Source of the DNA: an uncultured Candidatus Saccharibacteria bacterium
Lineage (GTDB): Bacteria; Patescibacteriota; Saccharimonadia; UBA4664; CAZJNH01
DNA: 64,000 nucleotides
Direction: 5' to 3'
Assembly (NCBI GenBank): GCA_964478595.1
Contig: CAYZIN010000001.1
Coordinates: 4,294-68,293, forward strand
Every line of letters starts with the position of its first letter. Positions within the stretch are counted from its first letter, which is position 1. Shown in pieces: positions 45,971 to 55,977 of this stretch. Made by a program: the position numbers and the translations under genes. Under the pieces are notes generated by a model. The model ran no database searches. It was not told where the DNA came from and was given only the letters and a program-made list of their open reading frames with translations.

Positions 45971-47260
45971 TTATTTTAACCCGAACGCCTTCTTTTTCTT
46001 AGCCAGCCAAAAAGCAGACTGGCGGACCAGCTTATTTCGATCATCTCGATGAGCTAGCAAAAGCTTGGTCGCTTCTTCGGCAAAGACGCCATTTTGCGAG
46101 CCTTTGACCAAAATTTGATCACCTTTTTTGAGATTAGCCAAAACGAATTCCCCTGCGCGGTAAGGATCGTTAAAACTGCGAATTTTGTCTGGCTTAAGCC
46201 CGGCTTTTAAGGCTGCATCGACCAAAAATTGACGCGCGTTATCGCCAATGGTTACCAATAAATCGAGATCTTTGGTGGCTTGGCCGACGGCGTGATGTCC
46301 GGCCTCAGTTTGCTCGCCTAGCTCGTTCATTGAGCCGAGGATAGCGATTTTTCTGCCGGTATTTGGTAAGGCAAATAAAGCCTCGAGTGCTGCTATTGCC
46401 GCGTCGGGCGAAGAGTTGTAGCTATCGTCGATCACCAAAGTTTTGTGTCGACCGGGCAACGGGTTCATCCGGCCATTAACTGGCTCAAGCGTTTCAAGCG
46501 ATTTTTTAATGTTATCAGGATCGACCGCCAACAGATCGGCCACGGCCACTGCGGCGGTGGCAGAGTACAAGCTGTGCCTGGCGATTAACTTAGTTTGCAC
46601 TTTGATTCCATGGTTGTTGATCAGCAGCGACCCCTTATAGCCCTCATCGGTCAGTTTGAGATCGGTCCAGTGATAATTGCCGTGATCGACGCCGTAACTT
46701 TTGCCGTTTTTTAGTTCGGTCAATTTCGACTTGAGCCTTGAATCGTCCGCATTGACTAGTCCTTGGCGACTTTTGACCGCCACTTGCCACTTCTCGTCCA
46801 GAATTTCTTCGATCGATTTGAATTGCCCCTCGGCGGTGTGAACGTTTTTGACCGCAGTCACAACTCCAATATCCGGCTTTATAAAGCTCAGAAGCTGTTT
46901 GATCTCGCCTTTGCGTTCGGCACCCATTTCTAAAATCCAAGCATCATGCTTAACCGGCGACCAGATTTTGTGTTCGTTGCGAATGAAAATCAAGAGCCAA
47001 GCTAAGGGGTTAATCAAAAAGCGCGGTGAGGATTCCCCGAAAATTGCCAACGGCAAACCAACTAGTGTGTTATAGCTGCCGGCTTGGGCGTGGACGCTGT
47101 ATTCAGAAGATAAAACGTGCGCAATCGCGGCTTTAGTCGAAGTTTTGCCGACGCTGCCGGTAATCGCCACAATTTTCGGATTGTGCCGTTTGATTAAACG
47201 CTTAACCTGCCAGCTCAGGATTCGTTCAATTGCCCGGCGAAACTTTTCAACCATAACCAT
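45971..47260 (-). CDS. murF: UDP-N-acetylmuramoyl-tripeptide--D-alanyl-D-alanine ligase
   Basis: 429 aa; Mur-ligase P-loop ITGSVGKTSTK and C-terminal domain. Confidence 0.8.
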   Translation of the reverse strand: MVMVEKFRRAIERILSWQVKRLIKRHNPKIVAITGSVGKTSTKAAIAHVLSSEYSVHAQAGSYNTLVGLPLAIFGESSPRFLINPLAWLLIFIRNEHKIWSPVKHDAWILEMGAERKGEIKQLLSFIKPDIGVVTAVKNVHTAEGQFKSIEEILDEKWQVAVKSRQGLVNADDSRLKSKLTELKNGKSYGVDHGNYHWTDLKLTDEGYKGSLLINNHGIKVQTKLIARHSLYSATAAVAVADLLAVDPDNIKKSLETLEPVNGRMNPLPGRHKTLVIDDSYNSSPDAAIAALEALFALPNTGRKIAILGSMNELGEQTEAGHHAVGQATKDLDLLVTIGDNARQFLVDAALKAGLKPDKIRSFNDPYRAGEFVLANLKKGDQILVKGSQNGVFAEEATKLLLAHRDDRNKLVRQSAFWLAKKKKAFGLK

Positions 47261-47319
47261 ATTTTACCAAGTTAACGGATTGTCTGATATGGTTTGAGGT
47301 GCTAGAATCTTTGAGTTCT

Positions 47320-47395
<76 letters not shown>

Positions 47396-47423
47396 GAATT
47401 ATCTAGCCGGTTATGCCGGCTTT

Positions 47424-47876
47424 TTACTTAAGGGTGACTTTGATAGAGGCGGTGGCGGCTTTGCCGTCGACCAAATAATCGACCAAGATTGTGTAGTCTC
47501 CAGGCCCAGCTACCTGACCGTTTGATTCAGAGTGATCCCAAGTCCAAAAACGTTTTTCCTGATTCGACAAGACCGTCTCAACCTCGCTCGAAGTTGGCAG
47601 GAAAACCACTCGGCCGGCGGAATCAATAACCTCCCACGGCGCTTCTTTTTCGATGGTAACGGCTTTTTGAGTTTCGTTGGTAAGGCCAAAAACGACCGGA
47701 TCGCTCAAATTGTAACTCGGCATGTGGTTGGCAGCCAAAGTCACGCTGACCGGGCTTGAAGCTAAAGCTTTTAGCAGCAAGTAAGTACCAATCGCAACGA
47801 CGGCTAACATGCTCCCGTACAGAACGGTTTGGTTGTATTTAGCTCGACTCCCCAAAACTGATTTAGACTTACTCAT
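47424..47876 (-). CDS. membrane-anchored secreted hypothetical protein
   Basis: 150 aa; N-terminal TM anchor then beta-rich domain. Confidence 0.45.
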   Translation of the reverse strand: MSKSKSVLGSRAKYNQTVLYGSMLAVVAIGTYLLLKALASSPVSVTLAANHMPSYNLSDPVVFGLTNETQKAVTIEKEAPWEVIDSAGRVVFLPTSSEVETVLSNQEKRFWTWDHSESNGQVAGPGDYTILVDYLVDGKAATASIKVTLK

Positions 47877-47932
47877 ATTGCTTATGCTTCTACTATACTA
47901 TATCTTAGCATCATAAATAATTTTTCAAAGGT

Positions 47933-48778
47933 ATGCCAAAAAAATCAAAAGTTAACAAGAGTCTAATCAAAAAACAAGCCCGCTTTGAAAAAGGTGTCAT
48001 TTTCTTTTTAGGAATTGCTGCCTTTTTTGTCGGTGTCAAATTACTATTTCCTAGCTTCGCCTCTTCGCAGAGCTGGCACTCGGTTCCTAGAAATGGAATT
48101 CCAAACGTGGCCATCCAAGATATTGGCACGGGGGGTGCCGGGGAATATGCCGTGGCCGGTGGCTACGTGTACCAACTGAACAACTCGACCTGGAGCCAGC
48201 TAGGTGGCAACCCTCATGCCGACCGAATTGCCGTCGGGCCAAAATCAATCTGGGTGGTTCAAACCAACGGTGACATTGCAATCTGGAACTCTACTACCCG
48301 CACCTGGAACAGTAGGGGCGCCAATCGAGTTGGTCCGATTTTCGATGTGGCCATGAACTCAAACGACTCGATGTACTTTACCCGAGCCGATGGCATCTAC
48401 CGTTCCGACGGCACACTAGTCCACGCCGCAAGCAGTTACTACCAACAGCCGGTAGGTACCGGCGGCTTAGCGGTCTACCCCGGCTATATCCTCTGGGCTG
48501 GGCTGGCTAATCACTTTTGGTACTACAACACGACAACTCATGCCGTTGGCCAACCAACCAACCAAGCTTTCGTTCAAGATGTTGGCGCCTACTCCAGCAC
48601 GGCCCAATGGTTCGTCAGTACTTCACCAATGCCGAATGATTCTAAAAACTTCCGGCTTTACCGTTTATTCAGCGGCAACTGGACCGCACTGACAACCGGC
48701 GGATATCGTATTTCGGTAGATCAACATAGCAACGCCTGGCTACTCACAGGCCATAACGCCATTTACCACTGGTACTAA
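47933..48778 (+). CDS. secreted Trp-rich repeat protein (possible beta-propeller/lectin-like)
   Basis: 281 aa; signal anchor; repeated W-containing segments (IAIWNSTTRTWNS, WYYNTT, IYHWY). Confidence 0.45.
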   Translation: MPKKSKVNKSLIKKQARFEKGVIFFLGIAAFFVGVKLLFPSFASSQSWHSVPRNGIPNVAIQDIGTGGAGEYAVAGGYVYQLNNSTWSQLGGNPHADRIAVGPKSIWVVQTNGDIAIWNSTTRTWNSRGANRVGPIFDVAMNSNDSMYFTRADGIYRSDGTLVHAASSYYQQPVGTGGLAVYPGYILWAGLANHFWYYNTTTHAVGQPTNQAFVQDVGAYSSTAQWFVSTSPMPNDSKNFRLYRLFSGNWTALTTGGYRISVDQHSNAWLLTGHNAIYHWY

Positions 48779-48785
48779 ATAATTT

Positions 48786-48861
48786 TGGTGGAGACGAGGG
48801 GACTCGAACCCCTTACCTCAGCAATGCGAATGCTGCGCTCTACCAGATGAGCTACGTCCCC
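48786..48861 (-). tRNA. tRNA-Ala (anticodon CGC)
   Basis: Reverse complement GGGGACGTAGCTCATCTGGTAGAGCGCAGCATTCGCATTGCTGAGGTAAGGGGTTCGAGTCCCCTCGTCTCCACCA; G3:U70; anticodon loop UUCGCAU. Confidence 0.9.
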
Positions 48862-48887
48862 GTAACTGAATAATTGTACAGATTAGT

Positions 48888-50141
48888 CTAAAGCCACTCA
48901 AGCTCATGCGGTCCGATCCGCACAATATCGCCGGTCTTTATACGACGCTTCTGCAGCTCTTTGGCCACTCCCTGCCTGGCAAGGATATGGCGCAGACGAG
49001 CGACCGCGTCGGGTTGAGCAAAGTTAGTGCGAGCCGCAAATTTTTCAATTTGTTTTCCGGAAATTTCAAAACCAGTCTTGGTTTTTTTGACTTCCCAGCC
49101 GTCTTCGATCGTTGACTCATCGATAACGGGTATAGCTTCGGCGTCAACCGCGATCGCTTTGGCTCGGGCGGCCTCGATTGGTTTGCGAGCGGCGCGGAGT
49201 AATTCGGCTAGACCCTTGTGGGCAACCGCCGAGATCGAAACCACAATTAGTTTTTTGGCTTTTAAGCTTTTGAGCTTTTGAGCTAATTCTTCTTCGGGTA
49301 CTGAGTCGATTTTGGTCAGTACTACAATTTGATCTTTTTTGGCTAAATCTTTGGAGTGAGTTTTAAGTTCCGTCATGACGGTTTGCCAATCCTTAACTGG
49401 ATCGGTCGAGTTGGCATCAATTAAATGCCAAATCACCGCCGTACGTTCAACATGGCGCAAAAACTCATCGCCTAAACCTTTACCGTGGCTGGCGCCTTCG
49501 ATTAAACCGGGGATGTCGGCAGCTACAAACGAAAAATCGTTGGCATCAACGACTCCCAAATTCGGAACCAGAGTGGTAAATGGATAATCGGCTATTTCTG
49601 GTTTCGCGTTTGAGATAACCGACAGCAACGTCGATTTGCCGGCGTTGGGCAAACCGACTAAACCAACATCGGCCACTAATTTCAGTTCGAGAGTTAAGCT
49701 TTTTCGTTCTCCTGGCTCGCCCCTTTCGGCCAACCGCGGGGTTTGGCGCGTGGAGCTGGTAAAGTGTGAGTTCCCGAAACCACCCCGGCCACCTTCGGCA
49801 ATTACAACTCGCTGACTCTCGGTGGTTAAGTCGGCAATGATCTTATCACCCTCAACCACTACCGTTCCAGGCGGAACTTTTACGGTAATACTTTCGCCGC
49901 GGTGGCCGGCTTTTTTGGCATTTTCACCGTGCTTACCGTTTTCGGCCTCGATTTTACGATGGCTGCGAAAATAACTAAGCGTATTTAAGTTGTGGTCGAC
50001 CTCAAAAATAATGTCGCCACCGCGACCGCCGTCTCCACCGTCCGGGCCGCCTTTAGCCACGTATTTTTCATGACGAAAGCTCAGCTTGCCGTCGCCGCCA
50101 TTGCCCGCCTTAACCTCAATGTCTATTTTATCGGTGAACAC
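48888..50141 (-). CDS. obg: GTPase Obg/CgtA
   Basis: 417 aa; Gly-rich Obg fold N-terminus GNGGDGKLSFRHEKYV...GGDGGRGGDI; G1 GLPNAGKST; DxxG; NKID. Confidence 0.9.
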   Translation of the reverse strand: MFTDKIDIEVKAGNGGDGKLSFRHEKYVAKGGPDGGDGGRGGDIIFEVDHNLNTLSYFRSHRKIEAENGKHGENAKKAGHRGESITVKVPPGTVVVEGDKIIADLTTESQRVVIAEGGRGGFGNSHFTSSTRQTPRLAERGEPGERKSLTLELKLVADVGLVGLPNAGKSTLLSVISNAKPEIADYPFTTLVPNLGVVDANDFSFVAADIPGLIEGASHGKGLGDEFLRHVERTAVIWHLIDANSTDPVKDWQTVMTELKTHSKDLAKKDQIVVLTKIDSVPEEELAQKLKSLKAKKLIVVSISAVAHKGLAELLRAARKPIEAARAKAIAVDAEAIPVIDESTIEDGWEVKKTKTGFEISGKQIEKFAARTNFAQPDAVARLRHILARQGVAKELQKRRIKTGDIVRIGPHELEWL

Positions 50142-50280
50142 AGTTAGCTAATTATAAAGGCTTTCAGATTTAGATGCAGCTCAAGGAAGAACCGAAGCGC
50201 GCAACGAGACGTACGACAAGCTGTACGACGAGCGAGCATCGGAGTTTCTGACGACGAAATGTATCGAGATTGGAAGCCGG

Positions 50281-51378
50281 CTAGTAGATGTATCTAAAGC
50301 TAGATGCGGGGACGGTTCGATAGTCAACTTGATCCCAACCGGCGTAATTCATTTCCGAAATTGTTACCGATCCGCCGTTAACGGCTTCGACGTACGCTAC
50401 GTGGCCACTGTAACCAGCGCTCGTCCAAGCGATAGCGCCAACCGCTGGCGTAGATCCGACACTAAAGCCGCTGAATTGAGCATTGTAGTACCAGTTAATC
50501 GCGTTGCCCCAGTTCGACGGAACCGAGCGGCGGCTGGCGACGTACCAAGTGCAGTAACCGAAGTCGTAACCATTACCAGCACCAATGTATGAAGTCAAAG
50601 ACGGAGCGCTCGAGCGAGCGTGGGTGACCGGTGCTGGGGCGGCTTCTTGTTTGACTCCATCCGGCACCACAATCTTTTGGCCAACCTGCAAACCCTTGGC
50701 TTCGGCGTTATTAAAGCTGATTATCTGGGCGGCGTTGGCTTGGAACTTAGAGGCAATGCTCTCGGCGGTATCACCAGACTGGACGGAATACAAAACTCCT
50801 GAGACCGGCAAAATAGTTAGCTGGTCGCCGGGAGAAACGTCGTTAACGTCAGACAAATCGTTGGCCCACTTGATGGTCGAGGTGGTCACCCCGAAGTGCG
50901 AGGCAATGGTTGAAATCGTGTCGCCAGGAGCAACCGTGTAGGTATGAATCGTGCGGCGGTCGCTACCGGCCGTCTCCACCACGTCGCTTTTAGCCAAAAC
51001 GGCATCGCTTTCGGTCGGCAGGGTAATTTGAGTGCTTAGGGCATCGGCCTGTTTGGCGGTGTCGCTAGCCAGAGCAAAGTTAGTGGTATGAGCGATTTCA
51101 GCAGCCACGGTAGCCGTTGCGACGTGATCGAGTGAGGAGCCAACGCCCCCGGTTTTTAGCTGCAGCGAAGTAGCACCAGTACTGTTTAGGGTTGAGGAGC
51201 CAATAATTGCAATTACGCCAGCGGCTACCGCAAAGTGAACCAGAACTCTTGGCCTAGACCAAAGAGCCCGAAAAACTTTACCTACACCGACAAGACCGCT
51301 GCTTCGGCGAACCGAAGTGATAGCTTTTTGGGGCGATCCGGGCAGTTTTATCTTCGAAAAGGGCTGAGCCGCTCCCAC
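50281..51378 (-). CDS. peptidoglycan hydrolase with two LysM domains and C-terminal CHAP domain
   Basis: 365 aa; TM anchor; LysM repeats (GDTISTIASHFGVTTSTIKWAN; GDTAESIASKF); CHAP Cys...His (FGYCTWYV ... GHVAYVE). The only in-frame start is GTG at 51378. Confidence 0.75.
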   Translation of the reverse strand: MGAAQPFSKIKLPGSPQKAITSVRRSSGLVGVGKVFRALWSRPRVLVHFAVAAGVIAIIGSSTLNSTGATSLQLKTGGVGSSLDHVATATVAAEIAHTTNFALASDTAKQADALSTQITLPTESDAVLAKSDVVETAGSDRRTIHTYTVAPGDTISTIASHFGVTTSTIKWANDLSDVNDVSPGDQLTILPVSGVLYSVQSGDTAESIASKFQANAAQIISFNNAEAKGLQVGQKIVVPDGVKQEAAPAPVTHARSSAPSLTSYIGAGNGYDFGYCTWYVASRRSVPSNWGNAINWYYNAQFSGFSVGSTPAVGAIAWTSAGYSGHVAYVEAVNGGSVTISEMNYAGWDQVDYRTVPASSFRYIY

Positions 51379-51665
51379 CCCTACCCGCCAATTGGCGGAC
51401 GGGAAGGACTCAAATGAGCCGCTTAGGACTTCTCTACTAATTAGGTTCTCTCCACCCCACTCCTTTCAGAGTAGGCACTGCGGGGCAAAAGACTTATCGA
51501 CGTTTAGAAAATTAAGTCCTTCTTAAAGTGCCCGGTAGCAGGCAATTAATAAACTCGCATTGCGCTAACGCTTATTAATATACGTTCGCAAGTTTAGCAA
51601 TCGGCACAGGTAGTGTCAATAGACTGTTTTTGGCTTGGGATAGGCAAAAAAACCACCATAAATTA

Positions 51666-52649
51666 TCATTTTGTCAACAAACCGTATTGATTAATGTTGG
51701 CTTGTTGTTGTCCGAAAGTAGTGGCAAAACGGGTTTTTCCATCCGCGCCGGTCACGAAATACAAATAGTCGGTTTTGGCTGGGCTAGTCACAGCTTCTAG
51801 CGAAGACAAGCCCGGATTGCAAATTGGCCCTGGCGGCAAACCGGTATTTTTATAGGTGTTATAGGGTGAGTCCAAATCAACGCTAAACGGCTGGCCGGTT
51901 AACTTCGAAGCGTAATCAACGGTCACGTCGGACTCCAGCGCCATACCAATCGATAATCGTTTTAAGAAAACCTGGGCGACCATTTGCCGGTCTGCAGAAT
52001 TATTCGCCTCTCGCTCAACAATCGAAGCCAATGTTACCCCTTGCTCTAGCGACAAACCTCGCAGCTTGAACGGCGCCTCGAACCGGGCCGGCACCTTGTC
52101 GTTAAAGTTCGTTAGCATTTCATTTATCAAAACATGCGGTGTGGTAGTTTTGGTGATTTGATAACTGTCGGGGAACAAAAATCCCTCAAGACTGGGCGCG
52201 TCGGTTAAAAAGGCATAGCCGTAGCGATCTGAAAGGGCCGACGAAATGTCTACGCCCCTGGCTTTTGCCAGAGCCGCTACGCCGTCAACCGTTTTGCCCT
52301 CGGGGATCACCAGCAAATTCGTTGAGATCTTACCCTGGCTTAAAATCGCGGCCACTTCTGGAGCTGAACGTGACGGTGATAAAGAATAACTGCCGGCCTG
52401 CAATTGAGTCCGAATCCCTTTAAGAGAAATATAAATCAAAAAAGCCTTATCACTTCTAATCAACTTAGCGGATTCTAACCGCTTGGCGGTGGCGGTCGAT
52501 TTCTCGCCTCTGGGTAGGTCGAAGCTGACTGCCGATTTATCTTTGCCATTGACTTGCCGCAGCTGTAGTTGATACCACGTTAAACTGGCCAGGGCCGCTA
52601 GGCCAATCAGGGCGGCTAAGGTGATTAAAATCAGCCGTAATTTTTTCAT
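51666..52649 (-). CDS. mltG: endolytic murein transglycosylase MltG (YceG-like)
   Basis: 327 aa; N-terminal TM, YceG-like domain. Confidence 0.7.
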   Translation of the reverse strand: MKKLRLILITLAALIGLAALASLTWYQLQLRQVNGKDKSAVSFDLPRGEKSTATAKRLESAKLIRSDKAFLIYISLKGIRTQLQAGSYSLSPSRSAPEVAAILSQGKISTNLLVIPEGKTVDGVAALAKARGVDISSALSDRYGYAFLTDAPSLEGFLFPDSYQITKTTTPHVLINEMLTNFNDKVPARFEAPFKLRGLSLEQGVTLASIVEREANNSADRQMVAQVFLKRLSIGMALESDVTVDYASKLTGQPFSVDLDSPYNTYKNTGLPPGPICNPGLSSLEAVTSPAKTDYLYFVTGADGKTRFATTFGQQQANINQYGLLTK

Positions 52650-53026
52650 TGGTTCAAATAATCCTTAAGGAAAATTGTGGCTGCTTCCATATCGATCGAC
52701 TCTTTGGGGGCCTTTGGTCCTAATTTCTCTCTGGCCAGCTCGCTCGTTACAGCCTCGTCGATCGTATCAACCGGTAAATCAACTTCCCTTGCCAGCTCGG
52801 CAATAAACCGTCGAGTCTCACCGGTTTGTTTAGTCTCTTGGCCGTCTAGTCCGCGCGGCAAACCGACAATGATCTTGCCGATTTTATGCTCGCCTAGCAA
52901 GGCACGGATTTCATCAAAAAACCGATCTGCCGCCACGGTTTTGAACGGCTCTGCCTGTTTAGTTTGGTCATCACCAATCGCCAGGCCAACGCGCTGCCGC
53001 CCGTAATCTATGCCTAAGTAGTTCAT
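52646..53026 (-). CDS. ruvX: Holliday-junction-resolvase-like nuclease RuvX/YqgF
   Basis: 126 aa; LGIDYGRQRVGLAIGD RNase H-fold start; 4-nt overlap with mltG. Confidence 0.8.
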   Translation of the reverse strand: MNYLGIDYGRQRVGLAIGDDQTKQAEPFKTVAADRFFDEIRALLGEHKIGKIIVGLPRGLDGQETKQTGETRRFIAELAREVDLPVDTIDEAVTSELAREKLGPKAPKESIDMEAATIFLKDYLNQ

Positions 53027-54642
53027 TACGGTTCGTTAGAGACTTTGATGTCGATTTTAATATGAGATTTAATCCGGGGAATATTGGTCGACCAAAACGG
53101 CGTTAGGCTAATGTTAGCCTTATCGACTCCAGGCATCTGTTCGATGATGGTGCCCGCTTGGCCCAATTTTTTACCGCTAACTTGTTTTTTTATGTTGTCG
53201 GTGTCGATCCGAGGCCCGGCATAAACGGTTGTCTTCAAATCAAACTGGCCGGCTGTTGGGTTGGGCGTAATTTTGGCGCCGGCTAAGCCGAAATCGTAAA
53301 CCACGTTGTTTTGCCCAATTTTTGAGTTAACGTCGGCCTGAATAAGATCTTCCAGATTTTTCTTATTGAATGCCTGCAAGGAGTATTTAACGGGACCAGC
53401 CAACGTAAAAGTGCTAGCTTCCCCATCAACGGCCGGATTAGCGTTCAGCCCCGAAACATCTACGGCAAAGGTGTCTTTAGCGGCAATCTGATCGGATTTG
53501 GCTTTGCTCGCCAATGCGTTTTTTACTGTGTCATCGGGTTGGCTCAGCTTACTTTTAGCAGCATCGACATCTGCCTGGGTGACAACTGTGATGTTTTTGG
53601 TGGTACCCCCGCTCATCTGATTGCCGGTGATCTTGAAGTTGCTAGTCAAACTGGGGCTGGTGTAGCTGGTCGGAGCCAGGTTGTAGGAGTCTCCATTGGC
53701 AGCAGCTGTCACCCCAGTGCTGGCGGTAGGACCCGTCGTGCAGTTGCTTCCGCCGCCGCTGAACGTACCTGCTGGGATATTAACCGGAGTTTGGGTCAGG
53801 AAATTCTTGCCGTTAGCGCTAACGGTTGCCCCGGCGGGCAGGGGGTGTGGGGCGGTATCTTCACAGTTTTTGATCGTGACGGTGCCAGAGGCTTTGGTGC
53901 CGACGTCTTTTTGCCCGGTAGCGGTAAAGGAATTTGAGATGGTTTTTGAATCACTTAAGGTTTGCTGGGTGGCTTGGGTTTGTTTGGGGTCGGCCGGACC
54001 ATCTGTTACGCCCTTAAAGGTTATGGTGCTTGGCGTCTGATTGCCTTGGGCAAAAACGGTAATGTTAGCTTGCTTGAAATAATAATTAAGCCCAAACAGC
54101 AACAAAGCGACACCAACAACTCCAGCAGCCAGCCACATCCGTTTTTGGAAACTGCCAAAGTCGGGGATTTTTTTCCCGCGTTTGGGTTTGGATTTAGACT
54201 CTTCGTCTGGTTTGTCCTCCGGTGCCGGTCGATGTGTCATCTCTAGCGCTGCTCCTGCCATCGCGGATGCCTCTGTTTTGTCCGAGACTGGCTCGGTTTG
54301 TGAGTCCGCGGGTTTTTCTTCCGGCTCTTCTTCGACGATTTCCGATTTGTCCTCTGGGATTTTATCGGCATCCGGAATTTCGGCGTGGGCATTGACGTTA
54401 TGTGCCACAGCCACATCGACTCGGCTGGCCAAATTAATAATCGTTTTGTCGGTCGTAACGATGACTAATTTTTTGTGGGCCTCTTTGGCGGCTTTTTTGA
54501 GTAACTTGAGGTTAATTAAACTCGAAAGCAGGTTGGAACGTTTGGGTACGACAACCCGAACCTCGGTGCCCGTTGATTTGTTAAGCTTATCGATCGTCGA
54601 AGTAATATCTTCGTCGTTTTCGAGGTATAGTACGTGGCTCAT
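53026..54642 (-). CDS. bitopic membrane protein: about 100-aa cytoplasmic N-domain, acidic linker, TM, large Thr/Ser-rich extracytoplasmic domain
   Basis: 538 aa; 4-nt overlap with the upstream FtsA/PilM-like gene and 1-nt with ruvX (operon). Confidence 0.5.
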   Translation of the reverse strand: MSHVLYLENDEDITSTIDKLNKSTGTEVRVVVPKRSNLLSSLINLKLLKKAAKEAHKKLVIVTTDKTIINLASRVDVAVAHNVNAHAEIPDADKIPEDKSEIVEEEPEEKPADSQTEPVSDKTEASAMAGAALEMTHRPAPEDKPDEESKSKPKRGKKIPDFGSFQKRMWLAAGVVGVALLLFGLNYYFKQANITVFAQGNQTPSTITFKGVTDGPADPKQTQATQQTLSDSKTISNSFTATGQKDVGTKASGTVTIKNCEDTAPHPLPAGATVSANGKNFLTQTPVNIPAGTFSGGGSNCTTGPTASTGVTAAANGDSYNLAPTSYTSPSLTSNFKITGNQMSGGTTKNITVVTQADVDAAKSKLSQPDDTVKNALASKAKSDQIAAKDTFAVDVSGLNANPAVDGEASTFTLAGPVKYSLQAFNKKNLEDLIQADVNSKIGQNNVVYDFGLAGAKITPNPTAGQFDLKTTVYAGPRIDTDNIKKQVSGKKLGQAGTIIEQMPGVDKANISLTPFWSTNIPRIKSHIKIDIKVSNEP

Positions 54643-55937
54643 TGGCTCACCGCCTTGGCCAGTTTAGAGATGATTGATTCGGTCACGCTGCCTGTATTTA
54701 TAACATCCAGGCCGAGATTTGCCAGACCCATCGGCGTAATCGCGTCGTAGCTGGTCAGCTCGCCGGTTTTGTCGATCACGCGAGTAACCTCGGAGGGTGA
54801 AATGTGGCGAACGATTGGCTTGCGGGCAAACGGTAAACTTTTGTGCCAAGTACTGGTTTTTAGGATTTGCATAATTTGAGGCAAACCCGAACCCCCGCCG
54901 CAAAGCAAAATCTTGGAAGGCAAGTGGTCGATTTTTTTAAACTCGGCCAGACTTAGCTCAACTCCAGAGATCCAGACTTTAATGTCGACGGCTAGGGCCT
55001 CTTCAACCGTTGCCCGGTCGCGAGCAGAAGCCAATTTACCGGCTGAGAAGTCCAATTTCATTTTTTCGGCTGCTTCGAAGCTTTTGCCGGTGGCGCTGGC
55101 TATGCGTTTGGTGAAACTGCGTCCGCCAATGGCAAACATTTTGGTACCTTCAACCCCGCCATTATTAACTAGGGCAATGTCGGTGGTACCGCCACCTATG
55201 TCGATAAAAATGGCCGAAAATTCGCTGGACTCTTCTTCGCCTACGCTTTTAGCCACTGCAAAAGGTTCGGCCGCGATATTTAATAAATTAAGATCAAGAT
55301 TTGACGCCACCGACTGCAACGCGCCCAAGTGCACCATCGGCGCAAAGGCGCAAAATAACTGAATACGGACGTCTTTACCCTGAAACCCGATGGGGTTGGT
55401 CACGCGGTAACCGTCGATTTCAACATCCACAATCGCCGTGTTCACCAACTTCACCTCGACGTCACTTGACCCAGTTTCCCAAGTTAGGGTTTCGCGGGCG
55501 TTTTCAAACGCCCTAAACTGTACGCGATCCAAAATCCGCTTCAGCTCTTCCATCGTAATTTCATCTTCGGGATGATTTCGCTTGTAGCGAACGGTCGTTG
55601 AGGTTCCCTTGACTAGCTCCCCAGCAATTCCAATCACTACGTCTTTGGCCACCACTCCACTCATTTTCTCGGCAGCCTTAAGCGCCGCGTCACAGTTTTC
55701 AACGACTCCGGCAATATCGGTGACGGTTCCACCCTGCATATCTGTCAGCCGTTGACGCTGACGACCGGCCCCGATAATTTCCACCCGATCGGGTTCGGTA
55801 ATTTTGCCAATTAGGGCCTTTACGAATTCAGTACCAATGTCTAAAGCCACCAAGTACTCCTTACTGGTTGATTCGGTGCTCTTTTTCTTGAACTTTGGCA
55901 GAAATTTCATGCTTAAAACACCTGAGAGCTCAGGCAT
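54639..55937 (-). CDS. FtsA/PilM-family actin-fold ATPase
   Basis: 432 aa; VALDIGTEFVKALIG (phosphate-1) and IDIGGGTTDIALV (phosphate-2) motifs; sits between a pilin gene and a membrane-protein gene, so PilM is as plausible as FtsA. Confidence 0.65.
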   Translation of the reverse strand: MPELSGVLSMKFLPKFKKKSTESTSKEYLVALDIGTEFVKALIGKITEPDRVEIIGAGRQRQRLTDMQGGTVTDIAGVVENCDAALKAAEKMSGVVAKDVVIGIAGELVKGTSTTVRYKRNHPEDEITMEELKRILDRVQFRAFENARETLTWETGSSDVEVKLVNTAIVDVEIDGYRVTNPIGFQGKDVRIQLFCAFAPMVHLGALQSVASNLDLNLLNIAAEPFAVAKSVGEEESSEFSAIFIDIGGGTTDIALVNNGGVEGTKMFAIGGRSFTKRIASATGKSFEAAEKMKLDFSAGKLASARDRATVEEALAVDIKVWISGVELSLAEFKKIDHLPSKILLCGGGSGLPQIMQILKTSTWHKSLPFARKPIVRHISPSEVTRVIDKTGELTSYDAITPMGLANLGLDVINTGSVTESIISKLAKAVSQ

Positions 55938-55977
55938 CCTTATTGTACCGCTTATGCTCTTTTACTTCTAGCGAAGC

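Noticed and set aside
50142-50280. Small ORFs in the obg upstream gap (e.g. a 25-aa plus ORF and a 32-aa minus ORF)
   Set aside because: No RBS, no recognisable protein family, low-complexity translations.
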